A stretch of 33,531 bases of DNA from Bacteroidales bacterium. Its GTDB lineage: Bacteria > Bacteroidota > Bacteroidia > Bacteroidales > JAADGE01. The position numbers and the translations under genes were made by a program. The stretch covers positions 1 through 33,531 of the forward strand of contig JAOZMB010000022.1 of NCBI GenBank assembly GCA_029934515.1, read 5' to 3'. Shown one piece after another: positions 8,914 to 19,348 of the stretch. Positions within the stretch are counted from its first letter, which is position 1, and every line of letters begins with the position of its first letter. The notes under the pieces are model-generated. The model was not told where the DNA came from, did not search any database, and saw nothing but the letters and a program-made list of their open reading frames with translations.

Positions 8914-11019
8914 ATGAAAAAATTTATTTTTACACTTTTTATTACAAGTATTGTAATTTTTAGTTTTGCTCAGAAAGGAACAGTTTTGATAGATGAGGAT
9001 TTTAGCAGTGGTGTGCCACCAACGGATTGGACAATAGATGCTAATAGTGGTAATTGGGGATCGAACAACGGCGCAACAGCTGGAGGAACTGCACCTGAAG
9101 TTAAATTTCATTGGAGCCCAGAATTTAATGGAGACAGTCGTTTAATCTCTCCTGAAATTGATTTGACAGGAAGTACTTCTGTTATTTTATCTTTTAAACA
9201 TTCAGTTGACCATTACGGTGCAGGATATTCAGTTGGTGTTGCGACAAGGTCTGGTGGTGGTTCTTGGAATACTGTTTGGTCAATGTCAGGAGCTAACGTT
9301 ACTGAAGTTGTTGATGTTTTAATATCAAATGCTGATGTTGGAGCTTCTGATTTTCAGATGTGTTTATTTTTTTCAGGAAATAGTTATCAAATAAATGATT
9401 GGTACATTGATGATTTAATTTTAATTCTTCCAGATAATAATGATGTTCTTACAGCATCAATAAATACAAGTCCTTATACAGCAGCTGGCGATATTGATAT
9501 TGAGTGTACAATACAAAATGCTGGTTTAACGGATATGAACTCTGTTGATATTTCGTATCAGATAGATGATGGCGATGTGGTGACGGAAAATTTAACTGGA
9601 TTAAATATTACAACTGCTGAGACCTATAATTATACATTTACAACTGTTTGGTCTGCAAGTTCTGGACAACAAGAACTAAAAGTTTGGGTATCAAATTTAA
9701 ACGGTAACGGTGACGATGATGACACATCTAATGATTTAATTTCTCAAACAGAAAATATTGCAACACAAACTGTTGCTAACTTTCCTTTGTTCGAGGAGTT
9801 TACAAGTTCAACATGTGGCCCTTGTGCAGGTTTTAATTCTGGTACATTTACTCCATTCTTAACATCACACGAGGGAGAATGTGCAGTAATTAAATATCAG
9901 ATGAGTTGGCCATCGCCAGGCGACCCTTATTATACAGAAGAAGGCGGAGCAAGAAGAGTATATTATGGTGTAAATGCTGTACCTTACCTTGTAACAGGAG
10001 GAGTTGCAACTTCAACAAATAGCTCTGGAGTAAACAACGCTTTTAATACACAAATAGCCAAAGCTGCATTTTTTGAAATAAATGCAACTCACCAGATTAA
10101 CGGAGACAACATTGATGTACAAATAGATATATTACCTTATCTAAGTGCCGAAAATTTTACAGTACATACAGTAGTTGTTGAAAACCAGACTACTGGAAAT
10201 GTTGGAAATAATGGTGAAACTGAATTTCATTATGTTATGATGAAAATGTTACCTGGTGCAGGTGGGACAACGACAAATTTTGTTTCTGATGAGCATTTAT
10301 TTATTAACGAAAGTACTGATATGTCATCAACAAACGTAGAAGAGATGGACGATTTATCTGTTGTTGTATTTATTCAAAATGATATAACAAAAGAAATTTT
10401 TCAATCGGCATGGTCACTTGCTGGAAGTACAACACCACAAGGAAGTTCAAATATTCAAAACGGACAAACAGGTGTTAATGTAGATACAGATATTTTAATA
10501 ACTTTCAACCAAGCAATGAGATTTGTAGATGACAGCGAAATTACGAATGAAAATATTTCTGACTTTGTGAACCTTGCAACAATAACAAAAGAAAACATAG
10601 ATTATACGGCAGGCATTAACGATGAAAAAACAATTATAACATTAAACCCTGTCGTAAATATGCCGATTAATACTGATATTAATTTGAATATCGCCAGTGG
10701 TCTTATTGAAAATAATGAAGACATGGTTTTTGAAGGTCTTGATATTACTTTCACAACAGACGATGGAGATGCAATAAATAATATCTTGGACAATGAAATA
10801 AATTTATATCCAAATCCAGCACAAAAATATATAACAGTTACAGGTGCAAAGAATGCTGTTGTAAATATTTATGGCATCACAGGAAAACTTGTTTTAAACA
10901 AAAATATTGATTCTGATAACAAATTGATTGATATTTCTAATTTGCCGTGTGGTGTTTATGTAGCTAAAATAACAAAAAATAATATTTCAACAGAAAGAAA
11001 AATAACTATTGTTAAGTAG
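8914..11019 (+). CDS. Large T9SS cargo protein: N-terminal choice-of-anchor-J-like jelly-roll, embedded thioredoxin-like domain with CGPC motif, Ig-like domain, T9SS C-terminal sorting domain
   Basis: Signal peptide. DSRLISPEIDL...ILSFKH...DWYIDDLILI pattern (DxWLISP / LxF / WxIDD). PLFEEFTSSTCGPCAG (CGPC at ~9814-9825) followed by cis-Pro-like GVNAVPYLVTGG. C-terminal INLYPNPAQKYITVTG...CGVYVAKITKNNISTERKITIVK. Only 78 bp separate it from the upstream T9SS gene, so probable cotranscription. Confidence 0.75.
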   Translation: MKKFIFTLFITSIVIFSFAQKGTVLIDEDFSSGVPPTDWTIDANSGNWGSNNGATAGGTAPEVKFHWSPEFNGDSRLISPEIDLTGSTSVILSFKHSVDHYGAGYSVGVATRSGGGSWNTVWSMSGANVTEVVDVLISNADVGASDFQMCLFFSGNSYQINDWYIDDLILILPDNNDVLTASINTSPYTAAGDIDIECTIQNAGLTDMNSVDISYQIDDGDVVTENLTGLNITTAETYNYTFTTVWSASSGQQELKVWVSNLNGNGDDDDTSNDLISQTENIATQTVANFPLFEEFTSSTCGPCAGFNSGTFTPFLTSHEGECAVIKYQMSWPSPGDPYYTEEGGARRVYYGVNAVPYLVTGGVATSTNSSGVNNAFNTQIAKAAFFEINATHQINGDNIDVQIDILPYLSAENFTVHTVVVENQTTGNVGNNGETEFHYVMMKMLPGAGGTTTNFVSDEHLFINESTDMSSTNVEEMDDLSVVVFIQNDITKEIFQSAWSLAGSTTPQGSSNIQNGQTGVNVDTDILITFNQAMRFVDDSEITNENISDFVNLATITKENIDYTAGINDEKTIITLNPVVNMPINTDINLNIASGLIENNEDMVFEGLDITFTTDDGDAINNILDNEINLYPNPAQKYITVTGAKNAVVNIYGITGKLVLNKNIDSDNKLIDISNLPCGVYVAKITKNNISTERKITIVK

Positions 11020-11104
11020 TAATTGTAATGAAAAAATGAGAATTGACTAATAATTATTTTTTTGTTTAAAAAAGTTTTACTTATTTTGTAATCTTTTAAA
11101 TTTC

Positions 11105-11136
11105 GGGGGAGGCGCATAGCTTCCCCTTCTTAATTT
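11105..11136 (+). terminator. Rho-independent terminator candidate (GC-rich hairpin plus T-rich tail) after the 8914-11019 gene
   Basis: gggggaggcgcatagcttcccc hairpin (GGGGA/TCCCC stem) followed by ttcttaattt. Only GC-rich island in this intergenic tract. Confidence 0.55.
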
Positions 11137-11167
11137 AATAAAAAAATCAAAAATTAAAAATTAAATT

Positions 11168-12811
11168 ATGAAAAACTATTTTGATAAAAGATATTTAAAG
11201 AAATATTTTTTATTACTTTTTTCGATTGTTGCAATATTTAATGTTAACAGTCAAAGTCTTTCGCCCAAACATGAACTGCGAGCTGTTTGGATAGCAACAG
11301 TAGAAAGGATAGATTGGCCAGCCAAAAATCAGTCATCGGAAGAGCAAAAACAAGAATTTATAAAGCTACTTAATTTGCATAAAAGTATAGGAATGAACGC
11401 AATAATTATGCAAATACGTCCTTCAGCAGATGCTTTTTATTATTCGAAATATGAACCTTGGTCGCAGTGGCTAACAGGAACACAAGGGAAAGCACCACAA
11501 CCATATTACGACCCTTTGGAATTTATGATAAGAGAAACCCATAAACGAAATATGGAATTTCACGCATGGTTCAATCCTTATAGAGCTGTTGTAAATTATA
11601 AAAAAACAAAAATCGACAGTTTGCATATAACAAAAAATAAACCTGAATGGTTTGTAAATTATGGTCGTAACAAATATTTCAATCCAGGGTTACCAGAAGT
11701 TAGAGAGTTTGTAGTTAAGGTTATACAAGATGTTGTCCTTCGATATGATATTGATGCTGTTCATTTTGATGATTATTTTTATCCTTATAAACAAAAAAAT
11801 AAAGGTGTTGATATTGATTTTCCAGACGATAAAGCTTTCGATAAATACAATCTAAAAAAATATCCAGACAGTATAATTTCTATTATTACTGTCGATAAAA
11901 ACGATTCTATTTTACTTATAAATAAAGTTCAGGATACAACATTAATGTTTTCAAATAAACCAGATTGGCGAAGAAATAATGTAGATATAATTATTAAAAT
12001 GTTGCATGACAGCATAAAAATTATTAAACCTTATGTAAAATTTGGCATTAGTCCTTTTGGAATATGGAGAAATAAAAAAGAAGATATTAGAGGTTCTGAA
12101 ACTGGTGGATATACAAATTATGATGGGCTTTATGCAGATGTAAGAAAATGGTTACAGAATGGTTGGTTGGATTATGTTGCACCTCAAATTTATTGGGAGA
12201 TAGGAAAAAAAGCGGCTGCATACGAAGTATTAACTAAATGGTGGGCTGCTAATTCTTTTGGAAAACATTTGTACATAGGGCAGGGGGTTTACAAGGTAAA
12301 TTCTGCGAATGCAGAATGGAAAGATCCATCGCAGATTCCGAATCAAAACAGAATAAATCGTAAATATTCAAGAATAAATGGTTGTATATATTTTAGGTCA
12401 AAAATATTTGAACGAAATCCAAATGGAGTATGCGATTCTTTAAAAAATAATTTTTTTAAATATCCAGCATTAATTCCAACTATGAAATGGATAGATTCAA
12501 TACCTCCGAAAAGACCAGGTAATATATTTACACAAAAAACAAAAGAACATATTATTCTTAAATGGCAAAAATCAGAAACAGAAAAAAGAACAGCAATAGA
12601 TACAGCAACTTATTTTGTTGTTTATCGTTTTGATGGAAAAAAATCTGGTTCGTTAAATGACCCAAAAAATATTTATAAAATAGTTAGAAAGCCTTATATT
12701 AAAATACCGAGACGAAGAGCATTGTTTCGTAAAAAATATACTTTTTCTATAACTGCGGTTGACCGTTTGCACAATGAAAGTAAAGCGATAAGCAAAATTA
12801 TAAAAAATTAA
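11168..12811 (+). CDS. Family-10-like glycosyl hydrolase (GHL10 / DUF187, YngK-like), secreted
   Basis: Signal peptide. LRAVWIATVERIDWP...GMNAIIMQIRPSADAFYYSKYEPWSQWLTGTQG...EFHAWFNPYRA and DAVHFDDYFYP are characteristic of the DUF187/GHL10 TIM-barrel family. Confidence 0.65.
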   Translation: MKNYFDKRYLKKYFLLLFSIVAIFNVNSQSLSPKHELRAVWIATVERIDWPAKNQSSEEQKQEFIKLLNLHKSIGMNAIIMQIRPSADAFYYSKYEPWSQWLTGTQGKAPQPYYDPLEFMIRETHKRNMEFHAWFNPYRAVVNYKKTKIDSLHITKNKPEWFVNYGRNKYFNPGLPEVREFVVKVIQDVVLRYDIDAVHFDDYFYPYKQKNKGVDIDFPDDKAFDKYNLKKYPDSIISIITVDKNDSILLINKVQDTTLMFSNKPDWRRNNVDIIIKMLHDSIKIIKPYVKFGISPFGIWRNKKEDIRGSETGGYTNYDGLYADVRKWLQNGWLDYVAPQIYWEIGKKAAAYEVLTKWWAANSFGKHLYIGQGVYKVNSANAEWKDPSQIPNQNRINRKYSRINGCIYFRSKIFERNPNGVCDSLKNNFFKYPALIPTMKWIDSIPPKRPGNIFTQKTKEHIILKWQKSETEKRTAIDTATYFVVYRFDGKKSGSLNDPKNIYKIVRKPYIKIPRRRALFRKKYTFSITAVDRLHNESKAISKIIKN

Positions 12812-12836
12812 AGTGAAAATTTTTTCAAAAAAGTGT

Positions 12837-12881
12837 AGCTATTTTTGTATATATTATCATATTTTATAAACAAAAATAGCT
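12837..12881. terminator. Inverted repeat between convergent genes (possible bidirectional terminator)
   Basis: agctatttttg (12837-12847) and caaaaatagct (12871-12881), 11-bp perfect arms with 23-nt loop. Lies between the GHL10 stop (12811) and flotillin stop (12905). Confidence 0.3.
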
Positions 12882-12904
12882 AACATGTTTAAAGATTTTA
12901 TTAT

Positions 12905-14359
12905 CTATCCTTTTGATTTATCTTCGATAATTGCATTTTCTATATCATTGTTTTTTCCTTTCAAATAATTAGGCAATTCCATTCCTGCAAGTTTAAATAG
13001 GTCTTCTAATGGAGGCACCGCTCCCATCATTCCTTTCATAAAATTTGCTGTTGAACTGTTACCGTCTTTACTACTTCCACCACTATCCCAAACTGTAATT
13101 TTGTCAATTTTAATATTCTTAATAGCCTCTACCTGTGTTTTAACAAGCTCTGGAAGTTTATCAACTATCATCATAAGTACAGCATCACGTGCATCTTCTC
13201 CAGCGGCATCAACAAGTTTTTTAAAACCTTCAGCTTGTTTTGTCAATATCTCAAAATTACCTTTTGCTTCTGCTTGCATTTCCATAAGTACCGCATCAGC
13301 ATCACCTTTTGCAATACGTCTTATTCGCTCTGCTTCGGCTTCTGAATCAATTTCTATTTTTTGTTTTTCTATTTCTGCTGGAACAATAATGTTGGCAATT
13401 TTAGTTGCTCGTTCACGTTCTGCACGTTTAAGTTCGGCTTCTTTTTCGGCAAGGTATGCTTGTTCTTGTGCTTGTGCTTTATTTACCTCTTCTGCAATAA
13501 CAGCAATTTTTCGTGCTTCCGCTTCATTTTTACGTCTATCAGCATCTGAATTTGCAATGGCTATTTTGGCTTTATTTTCGCCATCGACAGCTTTTGCATT
13601 GGCTGCGGATATATCTGTTCTTTTTCTTTGGTTTGCATTTGCTTCTCCAATCTGAGCTACTGAATCTGCCTCAGCAACCTTAATACGCTGTGAGCGTAGA
13701 GCCTCTGCTTCACCAATACTTCCGTCTCTATTCTTCTCCGCAACAAGTTTTTTGGCTTCGTTAACCGCCTGAGATGTTGCTTCTTTTCCAAGTGCATTTA
13801 TATATCCAGCCTCATCAGTAATATCAGTTACATTTACATTGATAAGTTTTAAACCTATCTTACGTAATTCGTGTTCCACACTTGAAGATACATTCACAAG
13901 AAATTTTTCACGGTCAGCGTTAATTTCTTCTATATCCATCGTAGCAATAACAACACGTAACTGTCCGAAAATAATATCAGCAGCAAGATGTCTAATTTCA
14001 GATTGAGTTAATCCAAGCAAACGTTCAGCCGCATTTTGCATAACACCCGGCTCAGTAGATACGCCAACCATAAAACGAGAAGGTACATTCACACGAATAT
14101 TCTGACGACTAAGAGCGTTCTCAAGAGGAACCTCAATAGGAATTGGAGTTAAATCCATAAATTCATAATCTTGAATAATAGGAATTATAAATGCCGCACC
14201 ACCGTGTACACATTTTGCAGATCTATCTTTTCCTCCAACGTTACCATACACAACAAGAATTTTGTCCGAAGGACATCTTTTATATCTTTTCACAAGAAAA
14301 GTAAAAAAACTAAATAGAAGCAAAACTCCTATAACAATTAAAATCATAATGAAATCCAT
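12905..14359 (-). CDS. Flotillin-like SPFH/band-7 protein (YqiK/FloT type)
   Basis: 484 aa. N-terminal TM helix, SPFH domain, long Ala/Glu/Lys-rich coiled-coil (EA repeats) typical of flotillins. Confidence 0.85.
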   Translation of the reverse strand: MDFIMILIVIGVLLLFSFFTFLVKRYKRCPSDKILVVYGNVGGKDRSAKCVHGGAAFIIPIIQDYEFMDLTPIPIEVPLENALSRQNIRVNVPSRFMVGVSTEPGVMQNAAERLLGLTQSEIRHLAADIIFGQLRVVIATMDIEEINADREKFLVNVSSSVEHELRKIGLKLINVNVTDITDEAGYINALGKEATSQAVNEAKKLVAEKNRDGSIGEAEALRSQRIKVAEADSVAQIGEANANQRKRTDISAANAKAVDGENKAKIAIANSDADRRKNEAEARKIAVIAEEVNKAQAQEQAYLAEKEAELKRAERERATKIANIIVPAEIEKQKIEIDSEAEAERIRRIAKGDADAVLMEMQAEAKGNFEILTKQAEGFKKLVDAAGEDARDAVLMMIVDKLPELVKTQVEAIKNIKIDKITVWDSGGSSKDGNSSTANFMKGMMGAVPPLEDLFKLAGMELPNYLKGKNNDIENAIIEDKSKG

Positions 14360-14452
14360 AAATATAATAATTAAAGGTTAAAAATTAAAATTAAAATTAA
14401 AAAAATAGTATTAACTCGTCAAATCAATGTTATAAGCGTTACTTTATAGTAG

Positions 14453-14499
14453 AATAATAGGAACACAGACAAACACTGATTATACGGATTTTCACAGAT
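14453..14499 (-). repeat. Copy A of a 47-bp intergenic element (inverted relative to copy B at 30420-30466)
   Basis: Reverse complement reads atctgtgaaaatccgtataatcagtgtttgtctgtgttcctattatt. 45/47 identical to 30420-30466. Lies between the DUF4153-like gene stop and the flotillin start. Confidence 0.7.
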
Positions 14500-14531
14500 A
14501 AAAAAACATTATAATTAACAAATTATAAAAA

Positions 14532-16049
14532 TTATTTTGAATTTTGAATCTTTTTGTTTTTATAATAATTAAAAGCTTTCGTATCTGCATAGTTTCTCGA
14601 CAGCCACGATTTTTTTTCGTATTCATTCAAAAAATTATCTAATTTTTTATTATATCTGTCATTGTAATTACTTTGCAAAATAATTTTTTTACTGTTTGCT
14701 TTTGTAAGTATTTCAATATTTTTATCTATATAAGGCATTGTCTTTGCGTCAAGTTTTAACAAAAAATTAACATCAATTTCAGTTCTCGTTTCTGTGTTTA
14801 AATTATATTTCGCAATTATTATATCCCAATCAGGTACTGCAAAAAAAATGAAACCAACATATAATATTATTGAATTAAATCTAAATAAATAAAAAGTCGT
14901 TTTCCTGTCTTTTATTTTTATTGTAAGACTAATCAGAAAAATAAAAACTAAGATAAGAAAGAAAAATAATCCTATTCTTTTGTAAGCAAGTCCGAAATAA
15001 TTTATGTAATGAAAATTTCTTATTATAACAGATATTAGTAATAATATATTCTGAAAAATCCATACGTAAGAAACAATTTGTAAAATTTTTCTTTTTGGAT
15101 AAAAATTCTGATTCTTTCTAAAAAAATATAACATAATTCCTATTGAAAGAAAAATACTAAATATCAATAAATATGTACCTTTATGAACAAAATCTGACAG
15201 GTTCATATTATTTGTATATTCAAAATTAAACCATATCCAACTTATATCAATTAAGTTAATAATCAACAACAAAAAATTTACAAGAATAATTGTAAGTACG
15301 CCAATACGGAACTCGTTTCTTAGTTTCATATTAATATATTTCGGAAGTCTTACGTATATATTTTTTTTGTTTATTTTTCTTTTTCTAATAATTACATCTG
15401 ACATTTTCTTTTCTTTTTCAACAAAATATTTATACGCTCCTCTGAATAGCCAAGCTGTGGTTGTGAAACTCCATATAATAAATAATATCTGAACAAGAGA
15501 AAAATTTTGGAATATTTGGAAGAACCAATCATTAAACCTATCAAAAATATCATCTGTAATTTCATCAAATATCTTGTTGGCATATTTGAATATCCAATAA
15601 AATATATATAATATAATAAATGGTATTATTCCTATTTTTATGTAACGCCATAGTTTTCTGGTTTTTTTTGATTTTATTTTACCTGTCTCTATTCGTTGTA
15701 AATAATCAGGCAGTGTAAAATATGCCAGCACTGCTGTTGGCAAGACAAATACATAAGTTTTTAAATCTTTATTGTGTATAAATGCTGGGAATAACACCAG
15801 TGATATTATCCAAACAAATATTGCAAAATCAGACGCATGATAAGCAACAACAGACGATGATATGATTATTCCTAATGAATTGATTATAACTACTGGCGAA
15901 TAAAATCTTTCCTTATTTGTAAAGAAAGCAGTTACTAAAATAAAAATAGAGTATAGTATTGCGTTGTTTCCTATGTTCTCATGCCAGAACAAAATATTAA
16001 ATATAATCGTTCCAATTATAAGTAGGATAAGATTGAATTTTTGTTTCAT
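14532..16049 (-). CDS. Polytopic integral membrane protein (DUF4153/DUF4173-like)
   Basis: 505 aa with >10 predicted hydrophobic helices across the whole length. No catalytic motif recognised. Confidence 0.45.
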   Translation of the reverse strand: MKQKFNLILLIIGTIIFNILFWHENIGNNAILYSIFILVTAFFTNKERFYSPVVIINSLGIIISSSVVAYHASDFAIFVWIISLVLFPAFIHNKDLKTYVFVLPTAVLAYFTLPDYLQRIETGKIKSKKTRKLWRYIKIGIIPFIILYIFYWIFKYANKIFDEITDDIFDRFNDWFFQIFQNFSLVQILFIIWSFTTTAWLFRGAYKYFVEKEKKMSDVIIRKRKINKKNIYVRLPKYINMKLRNEFRIGVLTIILVNFLLLIINLIDISWIWFNFEYTNNMNLSDFVHKGTYLLIFSIFLSIGIMLYFFRKNQNFYPKRKILQIVSYVWIFQNILLLISVIIRNFHYINYFGLAYKRIGLFFFLILVFIFLISLTIKIKDRKTTFYLFRFNSIILYVGFIFFAVPDWDIIIAKYNLNTETRTEIDVNFLLKLDAKTMPYIDKNIEILTKANSKKIILQSNYNDRYNKKLDNFLNEYEKKSWLSRNYADTKAFNYYKNKKIQNSK

Positions 16050-16053
16050 AATT

Positions 16054-16578
16054 TTAGAAGTTTTCCCAATGAATAATTTCTTTTATATTTTTTCTTTTCC
16101 AATTGTGTCTTTTTATGTCTGTTTTATCAGCTGGATAAGCCAATGTAAGCACGACAATTGGTTCAATATTTTTGGGCAAATTTAGAAGTTTTTTTGTTTG
16201 TTTAACATCAAAATCACAAATCCAACAAGTAGCAAGACCGATTTCGCTTGCCTGTAATGTGATATGGTCTGTTGCTATTGCAATATCAATATCAAGGTGG
16301 TTTTTATTGTCAGCACTTCTGACCCATGCTTTGTCAACATCGCCACACATAAAAATATAAACAGGCGCATTATTAAACCATTCGCGATGATATACAACAG
16401 ATAATTCTTTCAAACGTTCCTTTTTAGTTATCACAACAAAATGCCAAGGCTGTCTATTTACTGCCGAAGGTGCAACACGACCAGCTTCGAGTACTCTTAA
16501 TAATTTTTCATTTTCAATAGGTATATTAAGATAATCACGCGATGAGAAACGTGATTTTGCAAGTTCTAAAAAATTCAT
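16054..16578 (-). CDS. Nitroreductase-family protein
   Basis: 174 aa. RFSSRDY...SAVNRQPWHFVVI nitroreductase FMN-binding signature. Confidence 0.85.
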   Translation of the reverse strand: MNFLELAKSRFSSRDYLNIPIENEKLLRVLEAGRVAPSAVNRQPWHFVVITKKERLKELSVVYHREWFNNAPVYIFMCGDVDKAWVRSADNKNHLDIDIAIATDHITLQASEIGLATCWICDFDVKQTKKLLNLPKNIEPIVVLTLAYPADKTDIKRHNWKRKNIKEIIHWENF

Positions 16579-16761
16579 AAAATATATGTTTTGTAAATAA
16601 AAAATTGTTTAATTAGTGAATAATTTTATTTAAAATAAAATTATCAAACTTATAATTTTGGGTTTACAACTTTGTTATTTTATCAAAATAAAGCTGTAAA
16701 CCAAAAATATAATATCGTTTGAGTAGGGTAGAGTAGTGGTAAATTAAATTATAATTTCAAT

Positions 16762-18054
16762 TTAATCAACTGTTATTTGTACCCAATCAATCTCCCATGT
16801 ACAAGCGTCATTAGGTTCGCTTAAATATTTAAAAGCAATATAAACTTCCTGCTTGTTATCGTAATCAGAAATATCAATATCACCAGAATTAACAAAATCC
16901 CAGTTATGTCCATTTGGATTTGTATAGTTAGTTATCTCTGTCCAAGTCCCACTATTATTGGGGTTGCTTTGTCCATCGTAATCATCACAAATAAATACTT
17001 TCGTATCATCATAACTTGTAAAATAATTAACACAGTGCGAAAAAGATAATTTAGCATTCGTTTGTCCAGATAAATTTATTGCATTTGAAATCAACCAATC
17101 TTCACTTTCTTCATAAGTTTTTGAATAATATCCAGTCATTTTTGCAAATTTAAGACCTCCTCCTGCACTTTGTTCCCATGCTTTAATATCTCCTTTTACA
17201 CTATATCCAGAAAAAATTCCTAAGCTAGCAAACTCATTAAAATCTTCTTTAAACCATGCTCCACAACGTTTATTTATCAAATTAACCTCGTTTACATTAC
17301 GAACAACAAACTGATCACTATTATTATATTTGCTATAAATTGCTGTAATATTTCCGTTTCCAGTCGGCAATGTATCGCTTGCAAAATCCGCATAACCACT
17401 TGTCAGAAGTACCGTACTGTTCTCTTGACAATCTTCTAATTCCAAAAAATAATCAACATTATAAACAGCATCAGCATAAGTTTTACCAGTTTCGCTTGAT
17501 TTAAATTGAACATTTTCTAATTTTATTAATGTGTTCAGATGTTCGTTTCCAAGCTTATCAATGCTCACACTTTGTGGTTCGATAGCCAAACCTCCACTTG
17601 ATTTATAAAGATAAAGTTTAATTAACGGTTCTTCTATTCTTCCTATTTCACCTTCGTAATCAGAACCAAGTTTTACAACACCACCATAATCGCCAAGATA
17701 TAAACCTTTACATTTGATATAAATCAATTGCCCAACAGGAAAATCATTATGCAATTCTGTTGCATTTAATCCTATTTCAATACCAGCAGTACTATCCTGT
17801 ATCACAATTGTTTTATAGTTATTGCCAGATTTATCGTTAGCAATAATTGTTCCTCTTATAATAAAATTTGTATCTATAAGTTGCATGCCACCATAGTAAG
17901 TATCCTTCAAATCTTTAATACTAATATTTGATTCAAAATCTACTGTATCCAAATTTTGTTCTGGTTCATTAAAACTCTGCTTCTCACAATTAGAAAAAAA
18001 ACCTACAATTCCGAAAAATAGAACTAATATAATAATAATTTTTGTTCCTTTCAT
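16762..18054 (-). CDS. Lipoprotein with N-terminal DUF5689-like (OB-like) region and C-terminal choice-of-anchor-J-like domain
   Basis: Lipobox GFFSNC. C-terminal SEDWLISNAINLSG...AKLSFSH...VYIAFKY...TWEIDWVQITVD, same DxWLISP / LxF / WxIDxV pattern as the N-terminus of the 8914 protein. Confidence 0.5.
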   Translation of the reverse strand: MKGTKIIIILVLFFGIVGFFSNCEKQSFNEPEQNLDTVDFESNISIKDLKDTYYGGMQLIDTNFIIRGTIIANDKSGNNYKTIVIQDSTAGIEIGLNATELHNDFPVGQLIYIKCKGLYLGDYGGVVKLGSDYEGEIGRIEEPLIKLYLYKSSGGLAIEPQSVSIDKLGNEHLNTLIKLENVQFKSSETGKTYADAVYNVDYFLELEDCQENSTVLLTSGYADFASDTLPTGNGNITAIYSKYNNSDQFVVRNVNEVNLINKRCGAWFKEDFNEFASLGIFSGYSVKGDIKAWEQSAGGGLKFAKMTGYYSKTYEESEDWLISNAINLSGQTNAKLSFSHCVNYFTSYDDTKVFICDDYDGQSNPNNSGTWTEITNYTNPNGHNWDFVNSGDIDISDYDNKQEVYIAFKYLSEPNDACTWEIDWVQITVD

Positions 18055-18109
18055 ATATGATTATTTTTATTACTAATACAAGTTATTGAGAACTTAATTT
18101 ATCAATCTT

Positions 18110-19348
18110 CTACATTTTTAGAAAATTATTTACAGATAAATTTCCATTGTCATTTATATAAATAAAATATATTCCTTTCGGGAAATTTTGAATATTTATT
18201 ATCTTATTTTTCTGATAACAATTATTTTGTTTATAAATATTTTTACCTGTTATATCAAAAATATTAATATTTGTATTTCCAGATAATTTATTTATTGTTA
18301 TATATTCGTTTGCTGGATTTGGATACAATTTTATTTTATCTGTTATATTCTCTGAAACAGAACTTATTCCACCCGGATAAAATGAAGTTTTTATAATTTC
18401 AATACTTGTTTTAGTTTCATTTTCAAAATTAAATTCAATAACTATTGTGTTACTTTCTTCTTCGTTCCAAACCGACAGTGCAACCTCATGAATACCTCCT
18501 GTGAATCTATGAGTTGGGTCGTGGTCGAATGAATATTCTCCATCACCAAAATCCCACATTTCTTCTGTTATTGTTCCTTGACTTAAATTATGAAAATAAA
18601 TACTATCTCCTCCTTCTACAACTTCTGGAATAAACAATGGCATCAAAGAATCTCCAGCCGTACCAGATTCATAAACATTTAATTCCATAGTAAATTCACT
18701 TTCACAAGTCTCTGTGATTATTGTCAGAGTAACTTCAAATTCTCCGTCTTCTTCAAATTCATGCAAAGGGTTCTGTAAAATACTTGTATTCCCGTCTCCA
18801 AAGTCCCAGACCCAAAAAAGAATTTCACCATTTCCATAAGAAAAATCATTAAAATAAAATTCTTTATAATTATTTGGATTTGTTGTAAACCAAAATAAAG
18901 ACATACAATCATCGGAATACCAATTATTCTCGCCTGCGTATATAATTGTTTCGAAAAAACTTCTGCAATCTCCTGCATCAATTTGTAAAATAACAATATA
19001 TTCTCCTTCCTGCTCATAAGTATGTATTGGATTTATTTCAGAACTAAAATTTCCATCGCCGAAGTCCCATGTATATGTATCTATTTCTCCTGACGGACTG
19101 AACGAAGAATCATAAAATTCAAAAATTAAACCGTCAGATGATGTTTGTGAAAAAGAAAACGATGCAAAACAAGTATCATTATCCAAATACTCCTTACCAA
19201 TAGGAATTGCATGATTCTTTGAACTCGAAAAATTATCTTCCGTAATAATCAAATTCATAATATTAGTACTGCTTTCATACTCATGAGAACTAAGAGTTCC
19301 AAACAAAAACAGTAATAAAACGCTTGTAAATAATTTTTTTGATTTCAT
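18110..19348 (-). CDS. PKD-repeat protein with T9SS C-terminal sorting domain
   Basis: Three PKD-like repeats (WDFGDGNFSSEINPIHTYEQEGEYIVILQI; WDFGDGNTSILQNPLHEFEEDGEFEVTLTI; WDFGDGEYSFDHDPTHRFTGGIHEVALSV). C-terminal IKLYPNPANEYITIN...KGIYFIYINDNGNLSVNNFLKM. Confidence 0.8.
   Translation of the reverse strand: MKSKKLFTSVLLLFLFGTLSSHEYESSTNIMNLIITEDNFSSSKNHAIPIGKEYLDNDTCFASFSFSQTSSDGLIFEFYDSSFSPSGEIDTYTWDFGDGNFSSEINPIHTYEQEGEYIVILQIDAGDCRSFFETIIYAGENNWYSDDCMSLFWFTTNPNNYKEFYFNDFSYGNGEILFWVWDFGDGNTSILQNPLHEFEEDGEFEVTLTIITETCESEFTMELNVYESGTAGDSLMPLFIPEVVEGGDSIYFHNLSQGTITEEMWDFGDGEYSFDHDPTHRFTGGIHEVALSVWNEEESNTIVIEFNFENETKTSIEIIKTSFYPGGISSVSENITDKIKLYPNPANEYITINKLSGNTNINIFDITGKNIYKQNNCYQKNKIINIQNFPKGIYFIYINDNGNLSVNNFLKM

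Noticed and set aside
13101-13655. 184-aa Ala/Ser-rich plus-strand ORF (and 62-aa ORF at 13361-13549)
   Set aside because: Lies antisense inside the flotillin coiled-coil region. Low-complexity translation of the complement of GAA/GCA/AAA-rich codons. No start context. Artefact.
16655-16745. Imperfect long hairpin ggtttaca...tgtaaacc and G-rich gagtagggtagagtagtgg downstream of the 16762 lipoprotein gene
   Set aside because: No flanking U-tract on either strand. The TTTACA/TGTAAA arms lack the N2 spacing of the operator motif. Could be a weak terminator but the evidence is insufficient.
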